Of a DNA stretch of 64,000 bases, positions 1-14,770 are shown one piece after another. The translations under genes and the position numbers were made by a program. Source of the DNA: Macrostomum hystrix. Lineage: Eukaryota > Animalia > Platyhelminthes. Below the pieces are notes generated by a model. It did no database searches. It was not told the DNA's origin and was given only the letters and a program-made list of their open reading frames with translations. Each line of letters opens with the position of its first letter. Within the stretch, counting starts at the first letter, position 1. Where the stretch lies: contig CATNEN010000030.1 of NCBI GenBank assembly GCA_950097015.1, positions 3,844,001 through 3,908,000 of the forward strand. Reading direction: 5' to 3'.

Positions 1-698
1 TTCCTCAGAGAAGGCGGCACCTCCCCCCCCTTGGCGGCCCCCGCCGCCGCATACCAAGTAGGAAGTTCTGGGAAATATGCGGGGAAACCCGCGCCTTCCT
101 CTACTCCCTCCTCTCTAAGTTGATAGACAGAAAAGGAGAGAAGTGGATTGAGAGACAGAGACAAGCTGAGAAGTCGGTGTTTTTGCTCCATAAAAACGGC
201 TCTTCTACAGATGGTTTAACCCAGAGACTAATCATTTCAGCTATTCTTCTCGCTTTCGTCGTATCATTTTGGAGGGATGTTTGTGAGAAGTACTAATGAA
301 GGCCGATTGTTGCACGCCTTGAATGTCTATGGCCATGGCTAGCTATCTCTTTCTTGCTTAACTACCCGTAGACTTTGGGCCATAGACATTTGGGGCGAGC
401 ACCAATAATTAATTGCTGAGCCCTATGACTACTGTCTATGGCCAAGAGGCGCCAAGAAACCATAAAACTCTATGGAGAATGTCTATTAGGGCACCTATGT
501 TTTTGTCTCAAACTATTCTTCAAGCCATTCTCTACTAGGCTCGTATACCAATCGTGTAAATTCCCACATAAGATTTAAAGATTTTTCCAGTTCTATAAAA
601 AACTTTTATTAGACTTTCGGTTTTTGAGATGATCATGTCTCTAAACGGCGTTGTGTCAGCGGACGGCCTGTAAGTTCAAAACTCACTGAAAAATAATT

Positions 699-1410
699 TG
701 TGTCCACTGACAAATAATTGTGTCCACTGACAAATAATTGTGTCCCCTGACAAATAAATGTGTCCAATGACAAATAAATGTGTCCAATGACAAATATATT
801 TGTCCACTGGCAAATAGATGTGCTCACTGACAGATAGATGTGTCCACTGTATCAGGATGTGTCCACTGACAGATAGATGTGTCCACTGTATCAGGATGTG
901 TCCACTGACAGATAGATGTGTCCACTGTATCAGGATGTGTCCACTGACAGATAGATGTGTCCACTGACAGATAGATGTGTCCACTGACAGATAGATGTGT
1001 CCACTGACAGATAGATGTGTCCACTGACAGATAGATGTGTCCACTGTATCAGGGTGTGTCCACTGAGAGATAGATGTGTCCACTGTATCAGGATGTGTCC
1101 ACTGACAGATAGATGTGTCCACTGACAGATAGATGTGTCCACTGACAGATAGATGTGTCCACTGACAGATAGATGTGTCCACTGACAGATAGATGTGTCC
1201 ACTGACAGATAGATGTGTCCACTGACAGATAGATGTGTCCACTGACAGATAGATGTGTCCACTGACAGATAGATGTGTCCACTGTATCAGGATGTGTCCA
1301 CTGTATCAGGATGTTCCACTGTATCAGGATGTGTCCACTGAGAGATAGATGTGTCCACTGTATCAGGATGTGTCCACCGACAGATATATGTGTCCACCGA
1401 CAGATTGAAG
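699..1410. repeat. Minisatellite, 19-20 bp unit (tgtgtccactgacagataga / tgtgtccactgtatcagga)
   Basis: Direct reading of tandem units; explains the repetitive ORFs at 633-1489. Confidence 0.95.
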
Positions 1411-4400
1411 TATCCACTGTCAAAATTATGTGGCGACTCCCAACTCCCTGCAGCGACTGACAACCCCATGTGTCCACAGACGAATCCATTCGGTGATTGA
1501 CAAGAGTCTGCTTTTGAGCCAGATAGCTGCATTTCGTTTTCTGATATTAGAAAGGCACTGCTTATAAGTAGTATATTGAAGATTCCACAAAATAATAGTT
1601 TTTTCAATAGTGATTTATTAATTTTTTTAACGCAAATACATTAACTTTTGAGCTTGAGAATACGATTATCTAAGGAAACAATATTGACACTATAGACTGT
1701 ATAGAGAATGTAGACTCAGCCCAACACATACTCCATCAAGCATTGCAGCATCCCATAGTGAAAGTTTGCTTAGGATTAGTCACTTTTGTTCCCTGTCTCC
1801 CAGCTTCATCCATCCCAGTTCGCATGTAGAAATTTGTTCAAAAAGCGCTCGCCAGTTTGGCCACAAAAATGATTTTGAGCGTGCGTGCGTGGTTGCAAGT
1901 GGCAAGTGATTGATGAAAGAGTAGGGGTGGGGCACAGTCTCCTGCTTTTGGTGCGTGACCCACTGTCCCTTTTCTTATTTGCTGCCACCACTCTCTCTGT
2001 CTGTCCATCCTGTACCTGCCCCCATACCTATATAGGCAGCGAGTGGGTCACGCAATTCAGTTGGCTGTCCGTGCTGCCCGTCACAGTGAATTAATGTCAA
2101 CCAGCGGCAGCCGCGCTAGTAGAATAAATTCGCCGCAGAGTTCGCTGAGTGTTGTTGGCTTTTGGCTGGCAGGCACTGGCTTATTGTCACGAGTCACTGT
2201 TGGTCTCTAAATAACAATCAACTATATAGCACCTTGCTTTATTAGCTATTGAGAACATTATCTTTTTTGCAGCAGCAGTTGGCATCAATCATTCAGATAT
2301 TTTTTAGGAGATAAAGGGAAAAGAAACTAATGATCCCAGATTGAGCTATGAGGATTTCTGGTTCTCGAATATGGCGAAAAATAATTCTACAAAAAACGGA
2401 ATAAAAAAGACTCACATCGATAGGTGAACAAGGTGAGCAGGGGTCGATTCTACTCACCTTGAGCAAATGTGTGGATTTGTGTCTGGCTGTGATTTGGGAA
2501 TGACTGCACTGGGGGGTGAGGCGGCGGGGCATTGATTTCTGCTGCTGCTGCTGCTGCTGCTGCTGCACAGTTTCATTTATTATTTTCATATATGGGACTG
2601 TGAGTGCGCCACTGTGCTTTATGGTATAAAGTCGGCCAATTTTCGATCGGCCACAGCTCGGCCCCCCTTGTCCCCTAATGGACACTTGACTGGGGCGGCC
2701 CTGCACCCCCATAGAGCCTGCCCGCTTCTGCTTCTGCTCAGCAGCAGAAGGCCCAGATGAGATGATCTGGTGCAGGTAGGATGAGGGATGATCGCTAGTC
2801 AGAATATAGCCCAGGTTGACTGGATAGTTAAAGCTTAGCTGCAGGATTTGCTTGCTTTTTAGGCCACCTCTGGGATAGAGTTATGGAGGCTAAACTCAAC
2901 CCCCAAGCTCTGATCCCAGCTCGCATAGCTGTAGGAGGAGGTAGAGGCAGAGAGAGGAGCGCTGATTGCAGTGCCGCACGCTAAAAATAATAGTTATATA
3001 CTCGTATTCATACGCAGGTATAAGCCCCGACCTGGGAAACAGACATAAAGAAATACAGGCAATTGGGAGACGAGGAGTGGAGAAAATTTGTCCAAGCACT
3101 TGCCTAACACGTCATTCGCATTGCATTGTGTTCCAGAACTGCATGGAGCACAATGTGCTATATGCCTTTTGCCAGACATTGCAGATAGGATCTCCAGGGA
3201 TTAGTGACTGAAGAGGAAATGCAAATCAGGTTGTCAGCTTTTCAGTTTTTTTCTGACACCTGAGTTGATGAAATTGCAAAATTAAATTTCCTCAATTTAC
3301 AAGCCGCCAAAAATGGTCTAACCCCGTATCAGAATAAGGAATCGCAGCGAGTTTTCGCAGATCAAAGTGTCTTCATACTTGTCTTGACGGAAAGCCGTCT
3401 CGTGATTCTCCGTGACAAGGTTGTCGTTAAAAAATCCGGAAATTCTGCGCCCTCGAAACCTGTCGGAAATCAGCATCAGATATTGTCAGTAGGATTTCTA
3501 TCTTTTGTCAACAATGCTGTCGAGAAAGATGAATTCAGGAAGATTTTTTTAAAAGAAAAAGTTTCGTCGATTGAAGGCTTTTAAAAACTAAGTTGTTTTT
3601 CTGTCGGCAAAAAAGACGAATAAAGCATTCTATCGTGTTTTTGTGTTTTGAGACTAAAATAGCTCGTACAATGAATTTTTTAGGACTGGGTGAGAAGATC
3701 TTGCTCTCTATAAAAAAAATCAGCCGCCACAAACGCATCTCCTGGGTTGATGTCGAATTCTAAAAACCCTGCTGGAAGTCTTGAAATTAATTTTTTGACC
3801 GCATCGTGAATTCATTGTTTCACATCATAGCCTGTCTGTCCCAGCCAGCTCCACTCCCGCAGCTCTTCAGCACTCTCGCCCTCGCCGTCATCGAGTCCCA
3901 TTAGGTGTTGAAGAGGGCTACTTCTGAAAGTCACTCGTAGGTTTTTGAGCACAGCTCAACGCCATTGGGATCCATCAGTTTGGCTGCTGGACATTTCGGG
4001 GGACAACTGAGCAGAGCTTCAAATGATGAAGTAGGCGAATGGAGGTGAGATGGCCACTAAACTCGTATAGTCTAAGTTGCAGTTTTAAAGGCGGCAATGG
4101 CCAATGGCTCTCAGCGCAAGCTTTTAATATAATAAGCAGTTTTCAAGTATTAATTACGGAGGCGGCCTGGAATTACGGCCGAGCCTCATTCCCTAACTGG
4201 GGCGCGGCACGTGTCACCAAACTGACCTCACCTACAGTCTCTGCGCCCCGCAATCTATAAGAGGAGCATTCCACACAAATACAGTATCGTGAAATCCCGT
4301 ACAGCCTCCCGAGTGCTCGGAATGCCCCAGGCCAGTTCCATCCTCATCAATGCTACTCCACGCCCCGTCAGCGCCGCCTGCATCACGAGCTTTGGGGAGA

Positions 4401-6837
4401 CACACTTTTCAGAAATCATGCTGGCGGAAAATTCTATTAAACTTGGCTTAAAATTCTTGATATTCAACATCGAATATTTGTCTTTGGCTGCATCATCCAT
4501 GCTCTAATTCGTGATCGAGTGAGCTGCACAGCAGAAAAAGCAGAAAACTGCTTCAGTCTTTAGTAAATTGCTCTGAAGATATCTACTAAAATTGTTTGAA
4601 AAAGAAATGCGGCAATTTTTTCCTAGTCAAAGAACGGAGAGCTGCTTTTTGAGGCCTGGTAACTCACTAGACTCCGGCAATTAGGCAGGGCCTGGCACCC
4701 GGTAGGGTTAGTGAGGCTGCGGGCGCAGTGGGTCTTGTTATTCTGGGCTTGTCTCCACGCTTAATTACACCGATAAGTCACCCGGCTGAGCACAGAACTC
4801 AAGGACCTTCCTATTTCTGTGCCTTTGCTGAAAGTTAATCAGCATCAGAGCTCAAGGATAATAAACTTCCGCTCCTAGGGAAATGAAGAGTCGCTTTGTG
4901 CTCCTTTCATCCTGTCTTTGAAAAATTTTGTCTTTCACAATTTTGCCAGCTTCCTGGTCTAGGGGTAGCGGTTGCAAAACAAGACAAACCTGATTAGCGG
5001 AAACGGTCAGGTGTGTCGCTAAACAGGATGCCAGAGATTTCCAGCCGCTCTTAATTAGATCTTCCAGGTGAGCTTCCAAATTTCCTGGCTTTCTGCTTCA
5101 GCCGACGGAAACAAAAACAAATAGAGAAACAACGCTGACCAGATCTTAGATAACTCAAAATTCGACTCATCCGTTAACCGAATGTTTCCAGCATGTTGGG
5201 TTGTCAACTCCTTCTAAAAACAAACAAGCTTTCATTGCTAGGCAACAGTTTTCTATAAAGATTTTAGCCGAAAGCTGAACGTGTCCCTCCTAGTCACGGC
5301 CTAGTTTTGCTTGGCACACACACGCTAGGCATTTTCGGCTGCCGTTATCCCCAGATCCCATCTGTTGCCTCCCTAAAGTCCCAAACCCACGCCCACTATG
5401 GCACCGATAAAAACTAGTTAGGGAGAGAAACTTTGAGCAGCCTTATCTAACTCACTATTTAGCCAGTGGGCAATAGGTCTTAGCGTGTGCCAGGATTAAA
5501 ACAAACACTGACCCGTCTGCTGCCGCTTTTGCTGGGGCTCCGTGAGGTATCGGGTGGCAAGGAGTGGGGACAGATCAAAAGAGGATCTGAGGAGATTTTT
5601 GGCATAGCCACGAGCCAAATATTGCCCATTGGACTGGTTGGCCGGCTTTTTATTGAATTCCTCGCCTTATTCAAACTTCCGTCAGTATCCAATGTCCCTC
5701 ATTGTTGTTATTATTTTTATTGTAATGATTTCCCATTCGGAGTTGTCTGCTCACTGGCCAGACCCCCTCTCTACGAGTTCCATTCTCCCCGGAAACTTCG
5801 ATAGGGCCGCGTGCGTCCGGTTGCTGTGGGCGATTTGCATAAATTATGCACAAGGGGTTCTGCAGGCGGTTCGGTGAGTTGCAGAAAACTTCGGACTTCT
5901 CATTTCCTTTCTACTTGTTTTCTCCCCTAAAGACGGACAGGACTGGGCAGGCAAGGCTTTGAAGCCCGGAAGGATAGCTGGAAGTTGCAACAATAGGCCC
6001 TGCTCCATTGTCTGAAAGCGAAGGACGACTGAAAGCTCTAGGCGCATTGTTGTGCCTCTGTTTTGTTTTTGTTAGATCAGTTTTTCATTTTATTTCATTC
6101 CATTGCCACTCGCCAGGCGCCAATACGAGAAACTCCCGGTTGAAAGAGACAGAATCGACTGTCATCAGCTTTAGATCGGAAGTGGCCCCGTGGCCGATGG
6201 AGTTAGAGGATCAATCTCCCGATAGCTTTTTGCAGCTATTCTGCCACCAACAGGCTGCATTTCTCTAACTGTTTCTTTTTCACGGAATGGGGTTGGGGTC
6301 AACTCGCAGACTGTCGCATACCCGTTAGGACTGAGCATGCTACTCAGGGCCGGAGCCTTGAGCCTGCTTCAGTGCCACTTCAAGCAGTTGAAGAGGCCAC
6401 TGAGGCAGGCACGGAGAAGAAAGGAAGAAAGGAAGGAAGAGAAGCGTTTTAAAAAAATATAAAAATCTTTGAACGATCTGTTGCTTCTGTGGAGAATTCG
6501 ATGTTATTCTTTTCTGGCTGAAAACTCTCTTTAACAATGGGGTGTTTCTGCTCCCGGCACACACCTCATCAAGTTTGTCTGTCTGCTGAAAAAAACTGCA
6601 TGGATGATCAAAAGACAAGTTTTCTGCATCAGCATTGTAATTGGCTCATGGTACAGTTTTTTACAGCCCATTTCAATTGAATGACCGTTTTTGTAGTTTT
6701 TCTGTGGAATCGAAATAATAAAAAATAAGTTAAAGCGTGTGTAGAGTGTGTAGAAAAAATTAATTTACGGATATTCAAAAAATATAATACAGAAACTAGG
6801 TGAGGATAGAGCAAAGATAACAGAGATAAGAGACGGT

Positions 6838-7352
6838 TGATAGGGACAGGGAAGATTGATAGGGACAGGGAAGATTGATAGGGACAGGGGAAGATTGATA
6901 GGGACAGGGGAAGATTGATAGGGACAGGGAAGATTGATAGGGGCAGTGGAATATTGATAGGGGTAGTGGAATATTGATAGAGACAGGGAAGATTGATAGA
7001 GACAGGGAATATTGATAGGGGTAGTGGAATATTGATAGAGACAGGGAAGGTTGATAGAGACAGGGAAGATTGATAGGGGCAGTGGAATATTGATAGGGAC
7101 AGGGAAGATTGATAGTGACAGTGGACGATTGATAGGGGCAGGGGAAGATTGATAAAGACAGGGGAAGATTGATAGGGACAGGGAAGATTGATAGGGACAG
7201 TGGAATATTGATAGGGGTAGTGGAATATTAATAGGGACAGGGAAGATTGATAGGGACAGTGGAAGATTGATAGGGGCAGGGGAAGATTGATAAAGGCAGT
7301 CGAATATGGATAGGGGTAGTGGAATATTGATAGGGACAGGGAAGATTGATAG
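6838..7352. repeat. Purine-rich minisatellite, 19-20 bp unit (gatagggacagggaagatt)
   Basis: Tandem units with variants such as gggtagtggaatatt. Confidence 0.95.
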
Positions 7353-8259
7353 GGATCATAGGTATATACTATACATGGGTATATTGATAGAGACAGTGAA
7401 AGATTGATAGGATGATATTGATTGAGCTAAATAAAGACATGAAGGAAGTAAGGATTTGGGCTAATTCAAAAGCAGACACAGAACCTGGGAATTAAGCAAA
7501 GATCGGAAACCAGTCCCTTTGGGAGGCTCAGACATTTAAAATGCTATCCACTTGTATCGCTATCGAATTAATCGCGTTGAAATTTTGAGCAGTCTCATTG
7601 TTCACAAACTCGAACGCGCGCGCGCGCCCACACGCCGCTGCGCAAAGTGGTTTTGTTTCAAAATTTTTCTACCGAAAGATTCAGGAAACGCCTTGCTGAC
7701 GGTGTGGAAAATGGCAATTCAATCTTGGCCAAAAGCAGCGAGGAGAAAGGCTGGGGTAAGAGAGACTCTTGGGAGTCAACTGGGCTGGGGATAATTTGGG
7801 AGCTGCTCTAGAGTAATTAGCTCAGGCAGCGTAATTCTGTTAAAGACAGTTGAAGAGCTGCCGAGCAGTCTCACCGCACTCCCCTGTCACTTCGTCGCCC
7901 TCCTGGCCGCAAAAAAAGCTCGTGCAAAGGTGGCACAGCTTCCAGGACATGCTTAGCTGGCTGGCAACAGGTGCAACAGTGGCGTCTATTCGAGATAAAG
8001 ACACTTATTTTTCGCTGCACGGAGCAGGGGCTTGGCCTGTGGATCTTGAACTCTCTCTACCGCTCCCTAGGATGGGATCATAGGTTGAGAGGACGCGAGA
8101 GTCACCTGTCGGTGCCATGGTTTCGTTAGGGAATTAGCGTTAACACGCTCGCCTCCCTGATGAGTGGATTGTATAGCAGCCTCTGTGTTCAGGCTTGACA
8201 TGGCTGGCAACAGAGTTTGGAGGCTGAGAAGGCAGTGATATGCCCGAACTACGGACAAA

Positions 8260-9140
8260 GACATCACAAACCAGAGACATCACAAACCAGAGACATCACA
8301 AACCAGAGACATCACAAACCAGAGACATCACAAACCAGAGACATCACAAACCAGAGACATCACAAACCAGAGACATCACAAACCAGAGACATCACAAACC
8401 AGAGACATCACAAACCAGAGACATCACAAACCAGAGACATCACAAACCAGAGACATCACAAACCAGAGACATCACAAACCAGAGACATCACAAACCAGAG
8501 ACATCACAAACCAGAGACATCACAAACCAGAGACATCACAAACCAGAGACATCACAAACCATAAACAAAACAAACCATAAACATCACAAACCAGAGACAT
8601 CACACACCAGAGACGTCACAAACCATAAACATCACAAACCAGAGACATCACACACCAGAGACGTCACACACCAGAGATGTCACACACCAGAGACGTCACA
8701 CACCAGAGACGTCACACATCAGAGATGTCACACACCAGAGACGTCACACACCAGAGATGTCACACACCAGAGACGTCACACACCAGAGACGTCACACACC
8801 AGAGACGTCACACACCAGAGACGTCACACACCAGAGATGTCACACACCAGAGACGTCACACACCAGAGACGTCACACACCAGAGACGTCACACACCAGAG
8901 ATGTCACACACCAGAGACGTCACACACCAGAGACGTCACACACCAGAGACGTCACACACCAGAGACGTCACACATCAGAGATGTCACACATCAGAGATGT
9001 CACACATCAGAGACGTCACACACCAGAGACGTCACACACCAGAGACGACACACACCAGAGACGTCACACACCAGAGACGTCACACACCAGAGACGACACA
9101 CACCAGAGACGTCACACACCAGAGATGTCACACACCAGGG
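8260..9140. repeat. Minisatellite, 16 bp unit (cacaaaccagagacat changing to cacacaccagagacgt)
   Basis: About 19 identical units followed by a block of the second variant. Confidence 0.95.
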
Positions 9141-10130
9141 TCATCACAAACCAACATAACCAACTTATATGCGCTATTTACACTATACGCTCATATATAC
9201 GAATGAAATAACTCGGTCAAAATCGCTTTTGAAAGCTTTTGAAGTCAGATTTTTGCTATGAAGTTGGGAGGCGCAAGCAAAGGTCTGGGCCGTCCCGAAA
9301 TTTCCAGCGACTTTTAGTATATTTGTTTCACTACCAGTACTGCATAATGCACACTTAAGCTATGGTAACAAATATATTTAAACACATGTATAAATTTATT
9401 CATCGAAGGAGCCACGGAACAGCTCCGCAAAGTATTTACAAGCAAACTCAAGCTGTTCGAGCCCAAAATTCACAATTCTCCGCTCCTAGTCAGGTATAGA
9501 GTACAAACAGGAACAAACTTATCGGAAAATTGGGTTGCATGGGATTCGGAAACAAATGTATTAACAATTGACCGACGAGCAGACAAGAAAAGTTTCGTGT
9601 ATCACAAAATTTCATCTGTGCTGAAGTGCATCGTCTATACGCTGGTATCAGCCTACGAATTTCCCAATATTGGTGACTGAATCACTTTTTTGTAATAACA
9701 ATTTAGCCAAAAACAATTGATTGTCAATGGGGAATCATTCCGACTTGAACAAATTATGAAACCCGGTTGAGATACACGGAAAACAGACAGGCAAAAGGTT
9801 CTATATTTACCAGGGACGACAGGAAAACCAGTTGTAGTACTCAAGCAAGCACACGAGGGTCAGTTGAACAATGAGAGACAGACAGAATTGCACAATAGTT
9901 AACATCAATCAATTGTCGTGCGCGCGTGAACAAAACTAAATAATATTATAGAAATCCTAGACTATAGGCTCTTCGTTACCTTATTCAACTATTTCAACAG
10001 AAACAATGTTAATAGCTGACTAAAATAGAGCAAAAAGAATGCCAATCTCCGCTAGCCATTATCTGTCCGAGCTCAAAGTCAACCCAGCTCAGTTGGTTCA
10101 TCGTTGAGTACACTATCTACTCAGCGCTCT

Positions 10131-10744
10131 TCAATTGTAATAGTGCGCACTGCTCAGGTGAGAAGCGGCTGCGGTGTGGCTGGGCATGTTTGAGTACAAG
10201 GAGCCGGGGCCAGGCGGCGGGGGCGGCGGCGGCGGGATGTTGGGATAGATCGAGGCGCTGCTTGGCTGCGAGCTCCAGTAGTGATGATGCCCGGCTGAGG
10301 CTTGGAACAGGCCGTTGCCAGCCGGCGGGCCGGCCATAGCAACCGCGCTGTGCATCTGTGCGTTCATCAGATTGAACTTGGAGTTGGCCGCGGTGAAGTA
10401 GCCGGAGCTCAGCAGGTCCTGCTGGTACTGGTACTTGTAGGCGGCCGGGTCGGCTGTGGCGGGCTGCATCGCCTGAGCCAGGCCGGCAAAGTCGAACTTG
10501 TAGGCGTAGCGCTTGCCGTGCACCTTCGACATGATGTTCTTGTCGTAGTAGTAGCGCAGGGCCCGGCTGAGCTTGTCGTAGTTCATGTTCGGCTTGGACT
10601 TGCGCTCGCCCCAGCGTCTGGCCACTTCATCCGGGTCGGACAGCTTGAATTCGCCGTTGGTGCCCTCCCAGATGATGCAGCTGGAGTTGCGGCTGTCAGA
10701 CAGCAGCTCGAGTAGGAACTGCCACAGCTGAATCTGACCGGAGC
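10131..10744 (-). CDS. ETS transcription factor, ERG/FLI1/FEV subfamily: terminal exon with the complete ETS domain
   Basis: Acceptor atgcag at 10746-10745, phase 1, reading (G)[16 protein letters not shown]...[42 protein letters not shown], nearly identical to ERG/FLI1/FEV; TGA at 10133-10131. The intron sits at the G|SGQIQ position known from ERG/FLI1. Confidence 0.95.
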
Positions 10745-13700
10745 CTGCATAGGGGCGAAATTTCAGAGAAAAAAATCCTTCAATTATGGCCCGCTGGTCG
10801 ACCCGCAGAACTTGAGTGCTTTAGAAAATGTCCAATATTGTGTTTTATAATTTTTCCTGGGACGCGTTAACCACTAATTGATTTGGGTACATCAGAAATT
10901 ATGCAATGCCCTTTGCCCGCATTCAACTATCTCAATCAGATCTGATTATCGGCAATAAAGGTGAATTCTTATGTCTAATTAAAAGCCTGATAGCCCTAAA
11001 TAGCTTGCGCCAGCAGCTGCACTGAGATGGCTTTGCCTTCTTGCCGCATGACACAATCCATTTTCGATACAGTCTTGTATTGCCAAGAGCACACACACAG
11101 CGTAACCGAAATAACGGAAATAAGAGGAGCCAGGTAAAACAAAAAAGGCTGCGATCTTTTTGCCCCGGAGAGAGAGAGTTAAGATCAACAGAAGAAAAAC
11201 TGAACTCAACAAAGCCAACAATGGAGGGAGTTTGCTTGTTGAAGAAAGCAACATCCATGGAAGTCTGTCTTTGGCGGAAGCCGCGCATGCGACGGAAGCG
11301 AATCCACCCGAGCTCCGCAGGCCCGAGTCTCCTCCCCTCCTTGAGCAGCGGGGTGGAGTGGCGGGCATAAGGATGAGAGGCCAGGCAATGAGATCAAGTG
11401 AGCAGCAGGAAGACAAAATCTGGGCGACACTGCCAGGCATATAGGCAGAAAAAGAAGCGAGAACTGAGGTGGTGGGGTGGAAATCAGAAATTTGCTCTGT
11501 CTAACAAAGTCTGCCTGACTGCGGGCGGGCATCTTGCGCTGGGTCAACACGCGCTCCCAGCAGCAGCTGAGGCCGAACGACCTGGCCGCCTCCACCGCTG
11601 TTTGCCAAGTTTTCTGCGGATGCGACTGCAGCTCTCGCGGAGGAGGCCGACGGGACTCGGCCGCGGCTGGGGCGGCTGCTGAATGGCAAGAGAAATCACT
11701 GGACACCCAACCCTCGAGGCTGTGCAGTTGTGTCTCCCCAGCACACAGAACATTAAAGCTAAGGCAATAAGCCATATTTATATATATATATGTATAGTTA
11801 TAGTGTACAGCCCAGACTCACATCCCAAAATCAGAGTCTCCCAATCTCTCTGTCTCCCAGTCGTCAATTAAGGGGTCAGAGGAGAGCGGAGTGAAGGATG
11901 AAATAAAATTTAGTGCTACTCCGGCCTCACTCTCCTGCAACCCTACAATAGATGGCCAGGTGAGCAAGAACTGTCCCGCTTTGCTGACATTTGTGGCCTA
12001 GATGCGCCATGAAAATGAAATTATTGGCCTTCGGCTGGGCACTCTGTGCATGGGCGCACAAGTTATGAAAGTGAAATAGCCGATAATTACAAGCTTTGTA
12101 GGCCAAATCAGTGCGGGATGTCCTGTTTTACGACTGGCTGATTGTCTGCTATTCTGTCGACTGTTCCGCTTTCGCAATAAATTTCAACCGAAGCTGCAGC
12201 ATGCAAGACTCTGGCACGCATTCATTATTGAATGTTTATGAGGCCATGTAAACGGCATATAATACGTCAAATATGCCGTGTCGCAATCGTTCATAATTTC
12301 AACCAACCAAACCGAAAGGACAAGAAATCAAAGAAATCTAACTGAAAAGTTAAGACGCATTTTTAAATATTTAGCTTCTGGAGTGGCACGCGCTCTCTGC
12401 TGGCAGTCGGGAAGGTCACGAACTGCGCCGAACTGTTGCGCAGGCTGGAGCGCCAGGTGGACACCAATGCAGATATGATGATGCCACAGGATTGCATGAT
12501 GCTCGAGAATTCAAAATAACACCCACTCCAGAGCCTCACAGCGATGGATTTCGCAATGCCCTCCGCCCACCACATGAGACATAGGTTCTTAGCTTCTCTC
12601 TTCCTTGCACACAAGGTGCTGTTGACACTTGCTAACAACATTCTCGTGCTCCGCTGTCTGAGTTAAAAGCATCCAGGACTTGTGGAATCCGAAGCTACGC
12701 ACGATCATTTCACTCTTTAGTAAAAAAACAAAGGATTCAATTTCGCTGTCACTTTGTCCTGCACCGACTGGTCTCTCCGTCGCTACGGGCTCGGCAACAC
12801 AGGGGCTTATAATCGTAGATAGTGAAATAACGACACGCAAATTAATGTTGCTTCTTTGTTGCTTGTGTTGCTGTCATACTAAAAGCAATTCTGAGATATA
12901 ATTTGTGTGTGTGTGTTTCGGCCCTGCTGGAATTCAAATATAGGCGGGCCCACAATGGGCTGATGGGACAGCCCCTCCCCATGCAGCCCCTCCCCGCTGG
13001 GTGTCAATTAAAATATTTTTTTGTTCTTCGCCATGGATACAAACCGCGTGAGGCGCTGGGAGCTGGGAAGAATGGGAGAATCGGGAGAATCGGGAGCAGA
13101 GCGCCCACCATTTCTAAACTTCCGTCTCATCGATTACACGCATGCTATATTCCTTAGTTGGCCTTTCTCATATATTCTTCAATTCTTCAAGTCATTGTTT
13201 CATTTCTATTCCGCCGTTAAAAGCATAACCAACCAAACAACCAATTTAGTCCGTGAAAGAAATCAAAGAAAATAAACAATTCAAAATTAGCTATCTAAAT
13301 GGAAAACTAAAGAATAATTTCTACATACAATTAGGATGGATGGATGGGGGTGCAATCGAAGATGACTCGGAGGCTCTAAGTCAATTTCGGGTGAGACGTC
13401 AGTGGCACGAAGGACTCGAGTTATATAGGGGCCCGAATATTTTTTGCCACCGCCGGTCAGTCAGGGATTGTTAATGAATTTTTCATGTTTTTGTCGCAAG
13501 ATTCGAGGCCCAGATTAGGGGGGTGGGTGGTTTGGCCGATCCAATGCTCGGGCCAGACCAATATTCGAAGGCCGTCAAGCAGAGTTGCTTTTCCAGGTCC
13601 TGCAGCGAGCGGCTAGTTTTGGGCTGGTCGAGCTGTCAGACTCAAAGATTGGGATCAGAGCTTATATAGATTGATTGTTCATTGTTGACAGGAGGAGATC

Positions 13701-14602
13701 TTCTTTTGCTTCTTCTAGCAGCATGGCGGGTCAATTTATCTTGATTCGCAATTCTCGTTAGTCTCCTCAATCCTGTCTCCCCTCCTACACAGCAATGTTG
13801 TTTGTTGGGGGAACAAAGTTTGACCACAGCGGGGGAGAGCAGAGCAGATTTTTGTGATTAACTTAATTGCGTGCCTTGCGGTGCTTCACTTAGCTCGGTG
13901 GAGATTCCACGCCATGGAAAAAATATCAAAAAATTTCCCTAAATCTGTCCTTCCTGGGATCAGACAGCACAGCAGGTTGAGGACAGGTGAGGGGTCCTCT
14001 TAGGTGGACAAAAAATCTGCCACAATATCAGCTCAGGACTCAGGGACTCCAGAATCTCTGTTTTGCCTGATCCCAACGGCATAGTCTGGACCCCCCGCCG
14101 GCGCATCAAGAGCCCCCCCGAGCGTTTAACCTGCAGTTATGAGCCTCGCAATGGCCACTCGACAGTTCTCAACACGCACTCCAAAGCAGTTGCCTCACTC
14201 TTTGCTGGCGCTCCGACTGCAGGATGTGCGGAGGGAGGATGGGGTGGGGGAGCGGCTGGAGCTGCGCGCCACTCCCCGCCGAGCGCTGCTGACGCGGAGC
14301 CAACTTTCAGTGCGGGTTGGGGAGGCCTGATGCTGGGGCTGGGGAGGGCGGACTCTTCAGCATATGCCGCTCCTTCCCAATCTGTGTCTACAGCCGCAAA
14401 ATTTCAAGTAAACTTGAATTTACTCTTGCTAGATGCTGTCTAATCGTTATTTTGGGAGATCGAATTCTTGCTGTTGAGTCATATGCCACTGTCATCCAAA
14501 GAAGATCCCATTAAAAATCACCCTAATCCCATAGCGTCCTGTATCGCATTAACACCTATTCAGATCCCAATTGCGCACAGCAGGGGTTAAACAGCCGCTC
14601 AC

Positions 14603-14646
14603 CCTGCGGTCTCCAGTGCGTGGCCTGGCTTCCAGCGTTGCCACCG

Positions 14647-14689
<43 letters not shown>

Positions 14690-14770
14690 AGCCGCCGCCG
14701 CTGCTGTGGTCCTTCTGCGGCTGCGTCGAGTAGGGCGTCAGCGATGAAGCCAGCGGGCTGCTGCCGTATC
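14603..14770 (-). CDS. Probable upstream exon of the ETS gene (168 nt, phase 1-1, Gly-rich)
   Basis: Acceptor ctag, donor CAG G|gtgagc; open frame GYGSSPLASSLTPYSTQPQK...HWRPQ joins the ETS exon in frame. An in-frame ATG at 14783 is an alternative start. Confidence 0.7.

Noticed and set aside
2293-5804. ORFs 2293-2712 (polyQ), 3384-3584, 4255-4500, 4852-5079 and 5480-5804 as genes or TE fragments
   Set aside because: No recognisable domain or consistent exon chain; only one isolated donor near 2455.
11206-11775. GC-rich ORFs in the last ETS intron as extra exons
   Set aside because: An acceptor-like site exists near 11680, but I found no convincing phase-compatible donor or recognisable protein motif. 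Unresolved without RNA data.
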